A stretch of 62,758 nt of DNA, the filler included, from Nemertoderma westbladi (lineage: Eukaryota > Animalia > Xenacoelomorpha), in NCBI GenBank assembly GCA_032718475.1. It is 3 parts of 3 records of this genome, joined end to end, with 100 filler letters (N's around TTAATTAATTAA, not from the genome) between each part and the next. Parts side by side here need not be neighbours in the genome. Positions count along the whole stretch, not along the records: positions 1 to 20,951 come from JAUCBJ010006912.1; positions 21,052 to 41,891 come from JAUCBJ010006107.1; 1 more part is not named here. One strand, written 5' to 3'. How positions within the stretch are numbered: position 1 is the first letter of the stretch; every line of letters begins with the position of its first letter. Positions 13,801 through 26,400 of this stretch are shown one piece after another. The notes below the pieces were generated by a model. It saw only the letters and a list, made by a program, of their open reading frames with translations. It ran no database searches and was not told where the DNA came from. Both the position numbers and the translations under genes were made by a program.

Positions 13801-14122
13801 AGATGTAGTCCAGTTTACAGACCGCCGCGCTGTACTCGAGGCGGTTGATGGAATCCCGGGATAATATAGTGTTAGTTTTGGCGGGTTTCGGCGCAGGACC
13901 ACTGGAACGGCATACTTTGTAAAAGTGGCCGGTTTTACCGCAACCATAGCACTGAACTTCTCGGGCGGGGCAATTGGACCTGTCGGTATGTTGCTGGTTA
14001 CCGCAATTACCGCAATTGCGTGCGCGAGGGTTCCCGCCACGAGAAGAGGTTCTCGTGGATTGTCCGGGAGTTGAGCGGTTTCCCGAACCGGTTTGCGGTC
14101 GATTGGGGGCACCTGGACGCAT
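10826..14122 (-). CDS. Gypsy nucleocapsid-protease-RT-RNase H-integrase polyprotein, C-terminus short
   Basis: Two CCHC knuckles, [31 protein letters not shown]...CPSC, DFF/SDGG/NGHAE. Confidence 0.92.
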   Translation of the reverse strand: MRPGAPNRPQTGSGNRSTPGQSTRTSSRGGNPRARNCGNCGNQQHTDRSNCPAREVQCYGCGKTGHFYKVCRSSGPAPKPAKTNTILSRDSINRLEYSAAVCKLDYISVDLTLSGTGIYLGKVHRAHPDSGAAATILSEDLFYKLGGLHADLLPSMNLDLVAADGLPLQTRGRLPASITSGGNTATTEVILSPETEGLILSKSVCLDLGILPLSFPYPIAVSATSTGTPVPVAVLEPDPCRSGSDSPSAILDRYGDVFDDEAAPLSTITGPPMHIELKEGAQPYHANGARPIPFALRDEVKTLLDDLERRDVIQRVDEPTEWAHPLTVTRKPSGKLRLCVDLRHLNYQVKRPFYPTPNPRVAVAEISPTARYFSVFDASHGYWQVPLDAESQLLTTFITPWGRYKHTRSVMGLISSGDEFNRRGDDALRGIPRMLKIVDDVLLYDNTLEEHICSIQRFLERCRSTGICLHPGKVQLAKSEVKFGGFLVGSDGIRADPAKLSAIASFPRPETLTDLRSFVGLVEQLAPFSTSIAELLLPLRPLLSIKSPYIWTSDHQRAFDATKCALTTTPVLAPFDVSLDTRLVTDASRLKGLGYALLQRHGVEWKLVECGSRFTSDTESRYATIELELLAVVWAATKCRTFLLGLPSFTLVTDHQPLVTILNRKGHSEVDNTRIQRLKSKLSPYIFTTTWCRGKDHAIPDALSRSPVDQPTAADLVDDGEIAYNLRSVTLANVSAISGEDHLEDPVLKELSNTAREDEAYRSLHTAVQHGFPPSSRSDPAVGAYWSLRDSLSTDGDLVLYGQRLVIPQAARAITLERLHTPHQGVDKSLRRARQCVYWPGLTNDIRTSVASCPSCLRHRSTPPKEPFLQEPLPTRIFEDISADFFSLNGRHYVALADRYSGWPDLHNFPGPPTALQTIAALKQWFTRYGIPTRLRSDGGTPLTATATKTFLNEWGVIPVTSSAEYPQGNGHAEATVKSLKSLLDKVGGSHTSEAFAEGLLSLRNSPRESGLSPAQVVYGHPLRTRVPAHHSAFAADHQATRRRLDEVLPPLRAQRIADYNKAAHSLPPLAVHDHVVIQDPHSKRWDRKGMVVEAVAT

Positions 14123-14249
14123 TGGTGAGCGGCCGCGCCGCTGCTTGTATTGCGAAACTTTCGCGATGGAACCGGAGCCGCCGAGAAACGACTGATTTTT
14201 GGAGCTCGACTCCCAGTTTTGGCAAGTCTGGACGCAGACGTCGAGTATA

Positions 14250-14786
14250 AACCTGTTCGCGGCGGGGGTATGTCTCCGCCCGCTGGCGGTTTGCGTTATA
14301 TTCCCAGCTGTCCCGCCAGCGACGGAAAGCGGGAAGGTCGACGGAGGTGTCGATACGGTCGAGGTTGTCGATCGAGATCAAGTGCCGTCGTCCGGGGGGT
14401 CCGGGGACTGGTGCCACGGGGGCTAATGCCGGGTTGGCAGGGTCGACGTTTTGCTGACGAGCAAGTCTGTCGAGAAGGTCCCGAAGTTGCGCATCGGAAC
14501 GGGCCTGTTGTTCCTCTAATCGGCGATTTGCTTCTGCCTGCTGTTCGCGGTGTTCGCGTTGTTGCTGTTGCATGAACTGCAGGAGTTTATCCATGCCGCG
14601 TGGATTTTCCTCAGTTTCGATTGCGGATTGGAGCTTAGTTCTAAGCTTCACAACCGATGTTTTGTTGTCATGCGGGATGCGGGCGTCATGACAGTATTGC
14701 AACAGTTCGGCACGGGTTAATGCGTTGATCTCGTCGTGGGTTAGATCTAACCAGGGTTTATCCTCGGCGTATTCCGCTTCTGCCAT
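14250..14786 (-). pseudogene. Gypsy gag N-terminal half (capsid core deleted)
   Basis: ATG at 14786 (MAEAEY); Gln-rich coil and FRRWRDSW; shifts frame near 14250 into the pol frame ([10 protein letters not shown]). Confidence 0.7.
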
Positions 14787-14865
14787 CGGAACGTCAATGA
14801 ACGTGCGATAAAAAAGGGTAAACCCGCGAATCGAGTTCAGGAGTAAGTGACTACTCGCAGCGCCA

Positions 14866-15146
14866 TGTAGTGATATGGAATAACTCAAGGGTGAGCGTGA
14901 GGCTATATCATATCAGTATATTATGTATCAATATGTCTGACAGTGCAGTGCAGAAGTGTACAGGTGTAGGCTTTAGGAAGCCGAAGTGCAGTACTACAGA
15001 AGTACTGATGATCAGCTGATCTGCCGATATCACTAGGCAACCAACGTAATCAGGGTACATCATAAATGTAACTTAATAATAACCAGCCACCAAATATATG
15101 TAAAATAATATATATATAAGAGTGTGAACCACTGGATGTCACTACA
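14866..15146 (-). repeat. 5' LTR of Gypsy element
   Basis: No differences seen by eye from 10503-10783; adjacent PBS. Confidence 0.95.
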
Positions 15147-15575
15147 CAGACTAACAAGGAGTTAGAATTTCTGGTTCTTACTAACTGACAGGAAATTACG
15201 GTATTTGAAACCAATAAAGTAGTAGTAAGTTGCGTTGTCCAGATAAGGAAATGCCACTGTCTGACGGCTTATAGTCTTAAACTATAAGCACTACATTATA
15301 TACCCGGAGTGTCCTATACCTAGAGGTTAATTATCGAAGCCAACCAGAGCTAACGGACCTATTAACCACGTTACAACACAAGTATACTGCCTACACACTA
15401 AATTACTTTCAGGAAAGCACTGTACTCTAAACCCTAAATTAGGTACAAGTACTTATACAACAAATAACTAGCAGTTAAATATACGTGAACAGCCAAAAGA
15501 ACCACGGTATCTGCTGGAGTGACCGGAGCACAAAATCACCAGTCTTTACCTACGCCAAGCAGCCCTGATGTAGTA

Positions 15576-16997
15576 TAGGGCAGTGCGTTTTTTACTTTTT
15601 TTCGATTTCATTGTTCTACCGGTGCACAAAAGTTGCCAAATGGTAAAAAATTAAGGCAAAAAAAATTTATTTAAATTTCGTCTATATCTTCACGGATCCC
15701 AAGAGGGTTGAAATTTTGTGCCATCGCGATTCACCATAATGAAATTTATAACAATATAACACATTGATGAAAGATCAATGACTCAAAAAAGAACTTCCTG
15801 CATGCGTCAAATGTCATGAAATGGGTCCAAACTTAGTTAGATACCAAAATTTCAATTTTTGGATCAAGGGAAGTATTGCCACAGGCACATGACCAGAACC
15901 TACTCTTTGGCGCAAGTGATGATTATTCCCAATTTTGGTGATGGACAACTTTTAGTTCTCCTATTCTCCGCATTAATATTATGCTCATTAGAACCGCAAT
16001 GACCGATTTAGTGGGGGTAGACACCATCAAAACAAGCGTAGAGCGAATAGTTCTTGAGATATCGCATAAAATGTTAAGTACGGCACAGGTCAACATTACC
16101 GCCTTGATGATTTATAGACAAATACACAAAAATGTTACTTCTAATTATCTTAAGGCATCAAAAATATACACATCACTGTAACAAATTGATTTAGTGTATA
16201 CAGACACCTTGAAAATTAAAGAGTAGTGATTAATTCACTATAGTTTTTCTACAAAATGTGTCGAATGGGTCAACTCAATATCAAGTATTAATTGGTGGAC
16301 ATAGTCTTGACATTTTGTAAAATAACTCAAGAACTAATGACTCTACTCTTATTTTGAAGGTGTCTTCACCCACTATATCGATCATTTCTGTGATATGGCT
16401 ATTCTTGATTCCTTGAGATAATTCAAAATATCATTTTTAGTGTATTTGTCCATATCACATCAAGGCGGTAATGTAGACTTGTGCCGGACTTGACATTTTC
16501 TGCGATATCTCAAGAACTATTCGATCTATGTTTGTTTTGAAAGTATCTACCCCCACTAAATCGGCCATTGCTCAAGGAGAACTCAAAGTTGGCCATCGCA
16601 AAAATTGAGAATAATCATCACTTGTGCCAAATTGTAGGTTCTGGCCATGTTCCTGTGGCACTAGTTCCCTTGATCCAAAAATTAAAATTTTGGTATCTAA
16701 CTAAGTTTGGACCCATTTGATGACATTTGATGCATGTAGGAAGTTATTTTTTGAGTCATTGATCTATATATATTGTTATATTTATGTTTATTTTGTTATT
16801 TATGTTTATATTATGATATTGTTATAAATTTCATTATGGTGCATCGCGATGGCACAAAATTTCAACCCTCTTGGGATCTGTGAAGATATAGACGAAATTT
16901 AAAGAAATGTTTTTTGCCTTATTTTTTTACCATTTGGCAACTTTTGTGCACCGGTAGAACAATGAAATCGAAAAAAAGTAAAAAACGCACCGCCCTA
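15576..16997. mobile_element. hAT-type non-autonomous foldback element, 8-bp TSD
   Basis: TAGGGC(A/G)GTGCGTTTTTTAC termini, inverted arms of about 550 bp, TSD ATGTAGTA (15568-15575, 16998-17005). Confidence 0.92.
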
Positions 16998-18319
16998 ATG
17001 TAGTACCGGTGTTAATTTAACTATAATGGTATGCATAACAAGCATAATTACTGTAAGGAATAAACTTGGGGAGTTGTAGGTTGCAAATACTTGCATAAAC
17101 TCTGAATAATAAATATTACGCTACCCGTACAGACTATTCAAACAAAATACAGACCAAATGCTGGCAGACTACTGTCAAACCTAAATAAACTACAGTATAT
17201 GCAAACTCCGAAATGGTTAGTTAGTAGGCGTTCTAACTATGTAGTACGACTTATTCTTTCGTGGAGGATTTACCTTACAGCACTGGATGCCTCCACCTTC
17301 CTAACTAGCACTTTATCGGACAGACACTCTACATATACTGCAATTGCCTCAGACCTAACAAAAGTTAGACAACAATCCAGCCTATAAATTATTTATACAA
17401 TCTGAGCAGGCATACACGCCTTCTGCTCAATATTACACTTACAGATAAATAAAACTGACAGAAATAAGTAAAATCCCAATAAAAACCAGGGCTGCAGTCC
17501 CCAATTTAATATTAAGACCTACCGGTATATAATTATCACAATAGAATAATACTGGGTAAGTACCGGTTCGGGTCACTAGGCCTACAGTCTACCGTCTGAC
17601 CGGTACGTTCGATTTTATTGCCTACTGCACAATAAAGAACAAAATCTATTAATGTTCGCGCTTTCAGAACTTTAGCAGTTTAACCTGCCAATTTTAATTG
17701 TCCTTTTGATTATGAATCGACTTTAGCCCTTACCAATTACCTGGTGTACTGAAGTTACATCTGCCGAAGCCAGTCCATGCGCGGCGTATGACCCATGGTG
17801 TGGGAGACTGGATTCGGGTTCCTTAGGAAGTATTGCAGTGTAAGCTACTTTGTATTATTCGATTGATCACTACTATATAATCTCTGACAACTATATTTAC
17901 TTTCGGGGAAATTTTAACAGTTCCTTTAGGACGTGGCGCTTTAAGTATAAAAACAGAGTTATGACTTACAGTAATCACAACTAGATGGCCACAGTAGACT
18001 CCAACTCCAGAATCCCTCTCCCCAAAGTTGTACATATGTAGGGTAATTTTGTACCCTATGGTTGACACGTTTTCAACCCTGCCCTTATACGTTTGATTAA
18101 TTTGATATTCACAATGTCATGTAATGTCTATAGTATTATTATTTACTATCATAGATATTATGGATTATTTTTTTATTTAAAAAAAAATTTAATATTAATA
18201 ATTTTTACAGTAAAAAAAATAATTTTATTAGAAATTGTTTTTTTAATAACCCGAATGTTCCCTAACATAATAATATTTAATATCTTTCAATAATAACTTC
18301 ATTTTTTTCACTTTCACAG

Positions 18320-18530
18320 TTTCAACGCCTTGATACAAAACAGGATCCGTGTATAAAGGAAAACAACCTGAAGTATTATGCTAACTATTCATTGTCAGCA
18401 TGTTTGATCGAATGCAATGCAAAATTTATTATTGAGAGATGCAACTGCACTGGGTCAATATTTGGAGCCAATGTAACAGATGCCAGGAGATGCACACCAA
18501 TAGAAATGACACACTGTGTCAGACCACAAC
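18320..18530 (+). CDS. Internal exon of a DEG/ENaC (ASIC-like) ion-channel gene, cysteine-rich thumb region
   Basis: Polypyrimidine acceptor TTTTTTTCACTTTCACAG, donor GTATG; translates FQRLDTKQDPCIKENNLKYYANYSLSACLIECNAKFIIERCNCTGSIFGANVTDARRCTPIEMTHCVRPQ, matching YSxxACxxxCx8CxC...C...C. Confidence 0.8.
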
Positions 18531-18833
18531 GTATGATTTTTATTAAAATACTAAAAAGTGTAAAGTAATTAAAATCAGCTTGTTGTACCACAAGGTATGT
18601 TTTATAATAAAAATCTAATAGTTAAATCCACAAAACTTTACACCCTAGACAACAGAAGTGCCAACCATCCTATGCAAACAAACCTAAACACAGAATATAA
18701 CAATGAAGATCAGATAACCCATAAAATACATATAGTGCTACAGGTCTGATGATTAATCAGGGCAATCACAGCTTCTTGGCTTTATTGCATTTAGCTTTTA
18801 GGCAGTACTATTCTATATATATGCATAGTTTAA

Positions 18834-19920
18834 CCCTCTCCTGTCTATGACCTAAGTTCTTCTTCACCTGGACTGAATCAAAAGTAGGTCATATCAGGTC
18901 ATCAGTACATGCCGCATAGGTCATGTTAGGTCATCAGCCCATGATATGTAGGTCATGTTACATCATCAGCACATGACACCTAGGTCATCATCCCATGCCA
19001 CATAGGTCATCATATATAATTATTAGTAACAATAACTAAAAATATTATACTGATAGTTCATATCACATTATTATGTAATATATAAAATATGTATACAATA
19101 TATTATAAGGTAACAATATAATTATTATAATATATTATTATAACTATATATTCCCCTCCTTCTTCCTTACAATTCATTCACTGTGATTAGATTATATTGC
19201 TGTGGTATATTTGGAAACACTTTCCAACAAATAATCTGGGATTATCCAGACAGGTAGAACAACAGTAACGTGAATTCTTTCGTCTCTTCTCCCTCCAACA
19301 CACCCTGCACCATCTTTGAGGAAATGGCAACTTATCATTTGGTGGAATTTTGGTTATCAAATGTCTCTTTTCTTTACCATGCTCATTAGCAGCACTGCTG
19401 TCAAGTCACTCCTGCAGCAGTAGTCGTACTTTTACGTTTTCTGGATGGTTGCATGTATGTTGAGGGAACTTTTGTGAGATACTCAATAGCATCATATTAT
19501 AACCCATAAATCCATATATCTTTTTGTCTGACTTTTTGTGTGCTTTATAACGTATGTAAGAGTTCACTCAACATTAGCCTTTGCAGATAATGAATACCTA
19601 CCTTTTTGAACCAGGTATACGATTTTCGAGAGCAATCGGCAGATGAAATAAGTTGATCCGTTATGTCAACATCTCCCATACAGTTGTTATACTAATCAAT
19701 CGGATAGGGTTTATTGTATGAGATGGTTTCTTTCGGTAAATGACGGATCTTCTCGATGAGAGTGGGACTATCTATGGTCGAAATGAAATGCACATTACGT
19801 TTTTTTTTTAATTATAAGAACCTTCCTTATCCTTTTGAACAAAGGCACACGAGATGGGTTTCATTTCCTTTTCTTTTAGAACAATAGGAACACCTCATTG
19901 TGGTTGAATTGTCCTTCTCA
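18834..19920 (-). mobile_element. Decayed piggyBac element: terminus, subterminal TAGGTCAT repeats and transposase 3' fragment
   Basis: TTAA|CCCT at 18830-18837; minus strand gives GDVDITDQLISSADCSRKS..WFKK and a Cys-rich tail (CRVC...CSTC...CFQIYH) with stops and frameshifts. Confidence 0.75.
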
Positions 19921-20951
19921 TACTATTTATTTATTTTATTTATTTATTTATTTATTTCGTTCTCCTGGCACCTCAAATTGCACTATATAATTTTATTTTT
20001 TCCTATTTAATACAATTATATTTAATAACGGTAGCAGAGTGCGCTACTACTGTACAGCGAAGCAATAGTGTAATCGGTCTTTCGCGCCTCCATAGGCAAA
20101 CATACAAAAATACACTCCTTTGGGATTCTGATTTTATAAACGAAATAATCACCACCGATTATTCCCTTTCTTCCCTATCCCACCGTAATATTCATCTCAG
20201 AATATTATATCCAATATCCCAATTCCATGACTCATAATCCCATCCCAGATATCCTTAGCCGGCCTTATCCCCCCAACTCGGTCTTACCAGCTACTCCCCC
20301 TACGATAGGGGTTATTACAACATTACTATTAACATTACTTACATCCAATCCAATACATTCCTTCCCTTTCACTGGCCCCCAGTATACCGCCTACTGCCCT
20401 CACCCAATAGCAGTAGGGAATAATTGACTAGTCACCTTCAAGACTCTATTGTCGTGTATTCATAATCAGTTATTGGTCAGTCAATCATATAATGTGTTAA
20501 TCATATTTTTACATGGTTTGAACGTAAAATCTCTGCACAAGAAAGACAGACTGTGCGTAGGTGATACTTACAGTAGGGGTCAACTCCATATCGACCTCCC
20601 ACCGGGTTTAAAAGGGCCGCATTTGGGTAGAGAATATGAGTCTTCAACCCCATCTGCCTTAAGGGAGCTCTGCTCCAAAGTTGGGCGTCTTTGTTGCTGG
20701 TTCTTTGCTTCCGTCCTTGTCTTTACCGCCTAAAAAAGCTTTGCGGTCGCCAGGAGGGTAAGACGATTCCGCCTTGGTTTGAGTTTCACTGGCTAAATTA
20801 GCCCGGAGCGCTTGTGTGCCCACTTTCCCCGCTGGCTACTTACGTCGGGAGGGACTGACTATTTAGTTCTAAAGGCAAAAAGTAGCAGCGTCTCCACTGG
20901 CCGGCTCTGTCACTCACGATAGTGCTGGTGCACTGTCCGCAGGCTATATGT

Positions 20952-21051
20952 NNNNNNNNNNNNNNNNNNNNNNNNNNNNNNNNNNNNNNNNNNNNTTAAT
21001 TAATTAANNNNNNNNNNNNNNNNNNNNNNNNNNNNNNNNNNNNNNNNNNNN
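20952..21051. other. Assembly gap with TTAATTAATTAA linker
   Basis: N-run, six-frame-stop linker, N-run. Confidence 0.98.
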
Positions 21052-21054
21052 ACA

Positions 21055-22104
21055 GTGGAGACGCGACCGTTCAACCAGTTTACATCGCAATCTACGACTT
21101 CGAGGAAGACTTGTGAGCCTACCGAACAACGGAGAACAGTGGAGACGCGACCGTTCAACCAGTTTACATCGCAATCTACGACTTCGAGGAAGACTTGTGA
21201 GCCTACCGAACAACGGAGATCAGTGGACGATGTTCCGAAACGAGCCGTTAGAATTCGTACGACGCAACGAACGCGAGCACGTCGACCACCATATCCAGAT
21301 GATAGTAGTACTTCGAGCGAATCGGATTACCCGAAACGCGAGGTATTTAGAACGGGGGCGGCCGATGAATATAAACGCGAGCGTTCAGACAACTCCTTTG
21401 CAGATAATCCTCCACAGAATACACCGACACAGAAGGCGTTACCACCAGCGGGCGCGATCGGTGCGCAACAGTTCGCCGACATTGTCAACAAGTTGGCCCG
21501 GATTGAGGAACGTCTGGAGGAAGGTTACACCGACAGTTCGAGAAATTCCGAATTCGAACACAATAGACACCCGAAGGGACCACAAAGACCGGTACCTTCA
21601 AACCCCACATCGTATCAGGGAAAAGCGCCTAGAAGGGAGAACATCAACCAGACTACCAACCAAGGACGTGAAACTCTGAACGTTGCCGAGGAGATAGCGA
21701 AATTCGCAGCCAGACAGGGATTGCAGGTACAACAACCACCGAAGTTCTCCGGTAGCTCAAAACACTGGCATACCTTCGTAGACTATATCGAATCCCAGAT
21801 CGCCGTGTGCGCCTTTACATCACGGGAGAAGTTCAATTACCTGCTCCAAACGTTGTCAGGAGAACCTAAACGTTTGGCGGAGACTTTCGTCGGTGTACCA
21901 GACGCTTTCGAACTAGCGTACGATCGTTTGACTTCGATATACGGAGGTACAGTGAGTATGGCCAGGTCAGTAATAGAAGAACTCTGTAAGGGAGGGGCTA
22001 TCACTAAACCCGTCGACTTACTAAAACTAGCTGACGAAATCAAGAACGCTATCACTACCTTAAGATCAATTGGACAACTTGATTACGGAAATACCCCTAC
22101 AGTA
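21055..22104 (+). pseudogene. BEL/Pao gag (DUF1759-like), interrupted
   Basis: PPKFSG...W..F...EKFNYLLQTLSGEP...L..IYG motif; 84-bp tandem duplication next to the gap. Confidence 0.85.
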
Positions 22105-23324
22105 CCTAAAGAGGTGAGGTCTCTATAGGGGTGCTGTAAACAGGCGGTGGCGGACTCGTGAGGGTCTGGGGGCACGTTAAATTGGGGTATATAGTGCTAG
22201 GGAGATACCGAAGGCCCTCGTGTCTAACGAACCATGAATTGCCATGGTGCCGTGGTACCGTCTAGTCGGCCTGTTGCCGTACTGCCAGTCCTGTACACAG
22301 TAGGGGTGGTGGCATGGCGTGATTTGTGGTTCATGTGGCGTGGACTATGTTTTGTATGTGGGCGATCAGTGGCAGTTTGCTTGGGGCTTGGATGGTTCCA
22401 TTGACCGTCAGCTGTTCCGTTTTTTTGATACTATATGTTATTGTCTCCATGTTCAGCTGATTGGTCTTTGGTGGCATTGGAATAAACCGTCGGGCTTTGA
22501 GCTTTCTGTTGCTGTGGGTACGTGAGTACATGTGATTGTATGTGTGGCCACTGCGAGTGGGTATGGGAACCCTTACCAGTTGGACAAGACGCCGCTGGTA
22601 TTAGTAGGACCATACTTTACTGCGCCCCAGCATACTTTGTGCACACAAAGTTATTTTACCCTGTCGGTAAAATAAAGTACTCTCGATTTGCTGCCGATCG
22701 ATACAATTTTGTCCCCTCTGATTTTGTCCCTTCTCGATTTTGACCCCGATTTTGTCTTACCCGAATATGTCCTCTGTGTGTGCATGGTATGTGTCAGATT
22801 TTGTGATTACCGTAGTGTACTTGATTTCGTGAACATCTGTTGAGTACACGTGTACAGGACGGGTAAGTGGTTACTTGTTCCTAGCTTTCGAGCTAGTCAG
22901 TATTGTTGAGGAACGGTGTCCCCTCAATATTGCCGGCGAGGCAGGTGAAAACGTGTCAATATTCCATGTTGGGTAGCGCAAGCCCACATGGGACAAGACC
23001 GTCGGTTAGGCCCAAGGGCGACCTTGGTGCTCGATCGCTATCGACTGGTCCACCTGCCGGTTGACTCTTTGTTATACTTTGAGTTGGCTCAATGTACAGT
23101 CAGGCCACAGTAAGTTGACAGTAGCCGCCCATCTGGCTACACGTTCGACGAGCTGTGCTGGTGTGATCGGGGGACCGAAAACAGAACCCGGGAAGCATCA
23201 GGCCACCCTCCGGCCCGGTCTGATAATAACATCTGTCGGACTGGCCCCAAGGGTGGTGGAAAGGTGTCCGCCTCATGGGTGCGCCTCGGAGTCATCAGAG
23301 AGGAGCCCAAAAGGACACAAGCGT
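22105..23324. other. 1.2-kb unclassified insertion in BEL gag
   Basis: Gag frame resumes on the far side; no TIRs, LTR ends or recognisable ORF; short GATTTTGTCCC repeats at 22705-22760. Confidence 0.65.
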
Positions 23325-23426
23325 TTATTAAAGATAATAGGACGACTCCACCATCGACTTCGTCGGGAGTGGAGGAAGGTCGAATACCAGCGAGAGTAGC
23401 GAGGAGGATTCCTAAAATTAGAAGAT

Positions 23427-26400
23427 GTGTACCTTTTAATATCCAGGGAGGCGGTAGTAGAAACTCGATCTAACTATACCGACCAGCACATCGTGGCAGA
23501 AGGGATCACACTGCCATCCTCCAACCGACAAAAACCCCAGACAACATCCACAAAGACGGCCACTTACGCCACACCGACGGAATCACGACAATTCTCAGAC
23601 GGTAATAGAGTATCTGCGCCCATTGGGACGAAACAGACGAGACAGCAACTCAGCACCGACTTCAACGGCTGCCAATACTGCGAACATTTAGGTAAGCGGT
23701 ATATTGGTCACAAGTTACGAGGTTGTCGACAATTTCGCGAGTTGAACTCAGAAGAACGACGGCTGCAGATACGGCCACTGGACTCTTGTTGGCGGTGTAC
23801 GCAACACGGACACGTCCGTAAGGATTGCCCAAATACCGACACTTGTCCATCCTGTGGACGCAACCACGACGGTCTGCTCCACACAGACAGCCACACGCCG
23901 ACGAAACGCTTCGCCAGGGAACACCCGGAAGCAGCAGCGAGATGTGATTCGGCTTACCGAAAAAGAGAATCGAAAACGACTCCGACTTTCGTGACCCATA
24001 TAGAGGATTGCTTTTCAGAACAATCCGGATCGTCGGACGAAGAATCAGACGACGACGAATATTCTAATGGAGACGAACAACCGTCGATCGCGCTCCTGAC
24101 CACTGATCAACTGAAGGGATTCAGTGTAATCCCGATTAAGGTTACTGGCACAAAGGGGAGTAAGAGGATTTACGCGATTCTAGACTCAGCCTCATCTCAC
24201 AGTTACGTAGATGAAAAGATAGCTGACGTCGTAACAGATCTTAGACAAGGTAAGCACGTCAGTTATACAGTAAGTAGTATGCACGGCCAGCGTGCAATAC
24301 CAGTGACACGAGTTAAGTTGGACTTAGACTCTCTTCTTCCAAAATCGCAACACAGCGAGAGGGAAAGGTCTTTGTTGCCCTTTAGAGATCTAACCTTTGC
24401 GGCCACGAAGGACTTTAGTAACCTACTAGGTCCAGTGCCGGAACAATCTCTGGAGGACCGTAAGTATTTCAGACACCTTGGTGTACCCGAATGTCCCGTC
24501 AATTATAGATCGGTAGCAATGCTGATCGGGACGGACCAATTCAACCTACATCAGGTGTGGGAAACCAGACCATCGGCAGTTGTAGCAGGAAACGCATACG
24601 CCTGCAGAACGCCGATAGGGTGGTATACTCGAGCGCCTGTGCGCACACTAGACGTAAGTGACGAGGAAGACGACGTACAGAGTACATGTAGTTTATTGAC
24701 TACAAACTCAATTCATTCCTTTTCACACGACGTGAACCATACTACACTACAGTCGACAAAACATGACAGACGTGTAACTAGTATGATAAGTCACAAGGAG
24801 CAGCTAACCCACAAGGTGAGTTTAGAAATTGGGGGGAAGACGAATGGCGACCACGGCCGGCTAGAGATTCCATCGACGACAGATGATAGGCTTGCGAGTC
24901 TACCTACCCCAATAACTTCAACAGTGCCCATCGATATCGACGATGACGCGTTGAAAATTCATCAGTTGGAACAAGCCGCCTTGGACAAAGAATTAACGGA
25001 GAAGACTATCAGGTGGTTAGAACAAGATACAGCTGAACCTGGTAGCTACGACCCTTGTATGTCGGAACAGGAGAAACAATCTCTAAAGATCATGGAGGAT
25101 ACTATCCGACAGACGGAGGACGGACATTACGAGGTGGGTATGTTATGGCGTAGCCAAAGTCCTAAACTTATAAACAACTACCCACTGGCTTTAAGACGTC
25201 TACAATCAATCCGACAACGTCTATTAAAGGACGAGAAAGCCCATCTGCAGTATAACACTCAGATGGAGACGTATTTGACGAAGGGATACGCTATCCGAAT
25301 GACTAACCCGGAGCAAGTGACCGACCAGACATACTACCTGCCACATCACTATGTGAGACATCCCGACAAACCAGATAAAGTACGCGTAGTCAATGACTGT
25401 GCGGCTCTGTTTGAGGGAATGTCCCTCAATAGTGAGTTAATGGATGGACCGAACATGAATAATTATCTTATGGGGGTGATTATGCGCTTCCGTCAGCGCC
25501 AAGTAGCCTTTACTTGCGACGTTGAAGCGATGTTTCACCAAGTGAAAGCGTTAGAGCGAGACAGAGACAGTTTGCGGTTTCTCTGGTATCCGGAAGGGGA
25601 CTTAAGTCTACCACCAGCGACTTACCAAATGCAAGTTCGCGTCTTCGGTGCCAGAGACAGCCCGAATTGTACGATGTACGCCTTGAAGCAAGCCGCTAGA
25701 GATCAGAAACATCTGTATGACCCAGAGATAATTAGAATTGTAGAACGTGACTTTTACGTTGATGACGGTTTACAAAGTTGCGACACAGTAGAGCGTGCTA
25801 CAACAGTAGCACATCAATTACGGGACTGCTTGGCAGGCGGAGGTTTTAACCTCACCAAATTCGCCTCAAACAGTGCCGAATTAGTTGACTCATTCGGAAC
25901 TACTGAGCGTGGAGGTGGTGACATAGACCTAGAGTTCGAACCACTACCGACGACTAAGGTGTTGGGGATCTTTTGGGACCCAAACACAGACAACTTTCGA
26001 GTGAAGGTGAGACTGGACAGTCAAGGAAACACACTGACCAAGAGATCATGCTTGTCAAAGTTGAGCCGATTGTTCGACCCGTTAGGATTCATCAGTCCAG
26101 TGATACTACAAGCCCGCATTTATATGCGCAGTATATGGAAGGATGGACTAACGTGGGACGAGCCGATCTCATCAGATCAAGTGGACTTATGGAAGACCTG
26201 GGAGGCGGAATTGTCTTCGTTAGAGGATTATTTCATACCCAGGGTTTACTTTCCATTACAGAGTACATTTCCTGACAACTTGGAACTACACTGTTTTTCT
26301 GACGCCAGTGACAACGGTTTTGGTGTGGCAGCGTATTTGCGCAGACAAGTAGAATCGGACGAGTTCGATGTTTCGCTCATTACTTCTAAGGCTAAGACCA

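Larger units (their letters stand above)
10503..15146 (-). mobile_element. Gypsy (Mag-type) LTR retrotransposon with internal deletions
   Basis: 281-bp LTRs TGTAGTGA...TCACTACA, TSD CAGAC (10498-10502, 15147-15151), PBS TGGCGCTGCGAG (tRNA-Ser-like) at 14865-14854, PPT AAGGGGGG next to 10783. Confidence 0.95.
2487..17985 (-). mobile_element. 5' portion (long UTR + gag N-terminus) of a BEL/Pao-family element, copy A, broken by four nested insertions
   Basis: 8143-8541, 10244-10502, 15147-15575 and 16998-17985 align collinearly with 30213-32750; proteins share MSDxKQxLSDSLL and KKDAIDIYLSDYQRF with the 27000-30212 gag. Confidence 0.8.

Noticed and set aside
10828-14575. Many overlapping short ORFs
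   Set aside because: Shadow frames of the GC-rich Gypsy pol and gag
17654-17666. GTTCGCGCTTTC resembles the U1 snRNA 3' end
   Set aside because: Only 12 nt; no Sm site or other U1 structure nearby
20996-21007. Palindromic TTAATTAATTAA inside N-runs (also at 41936-41947)
   Set aside because: Artificial contig-joining linker; adjacency across the gaps is unproven
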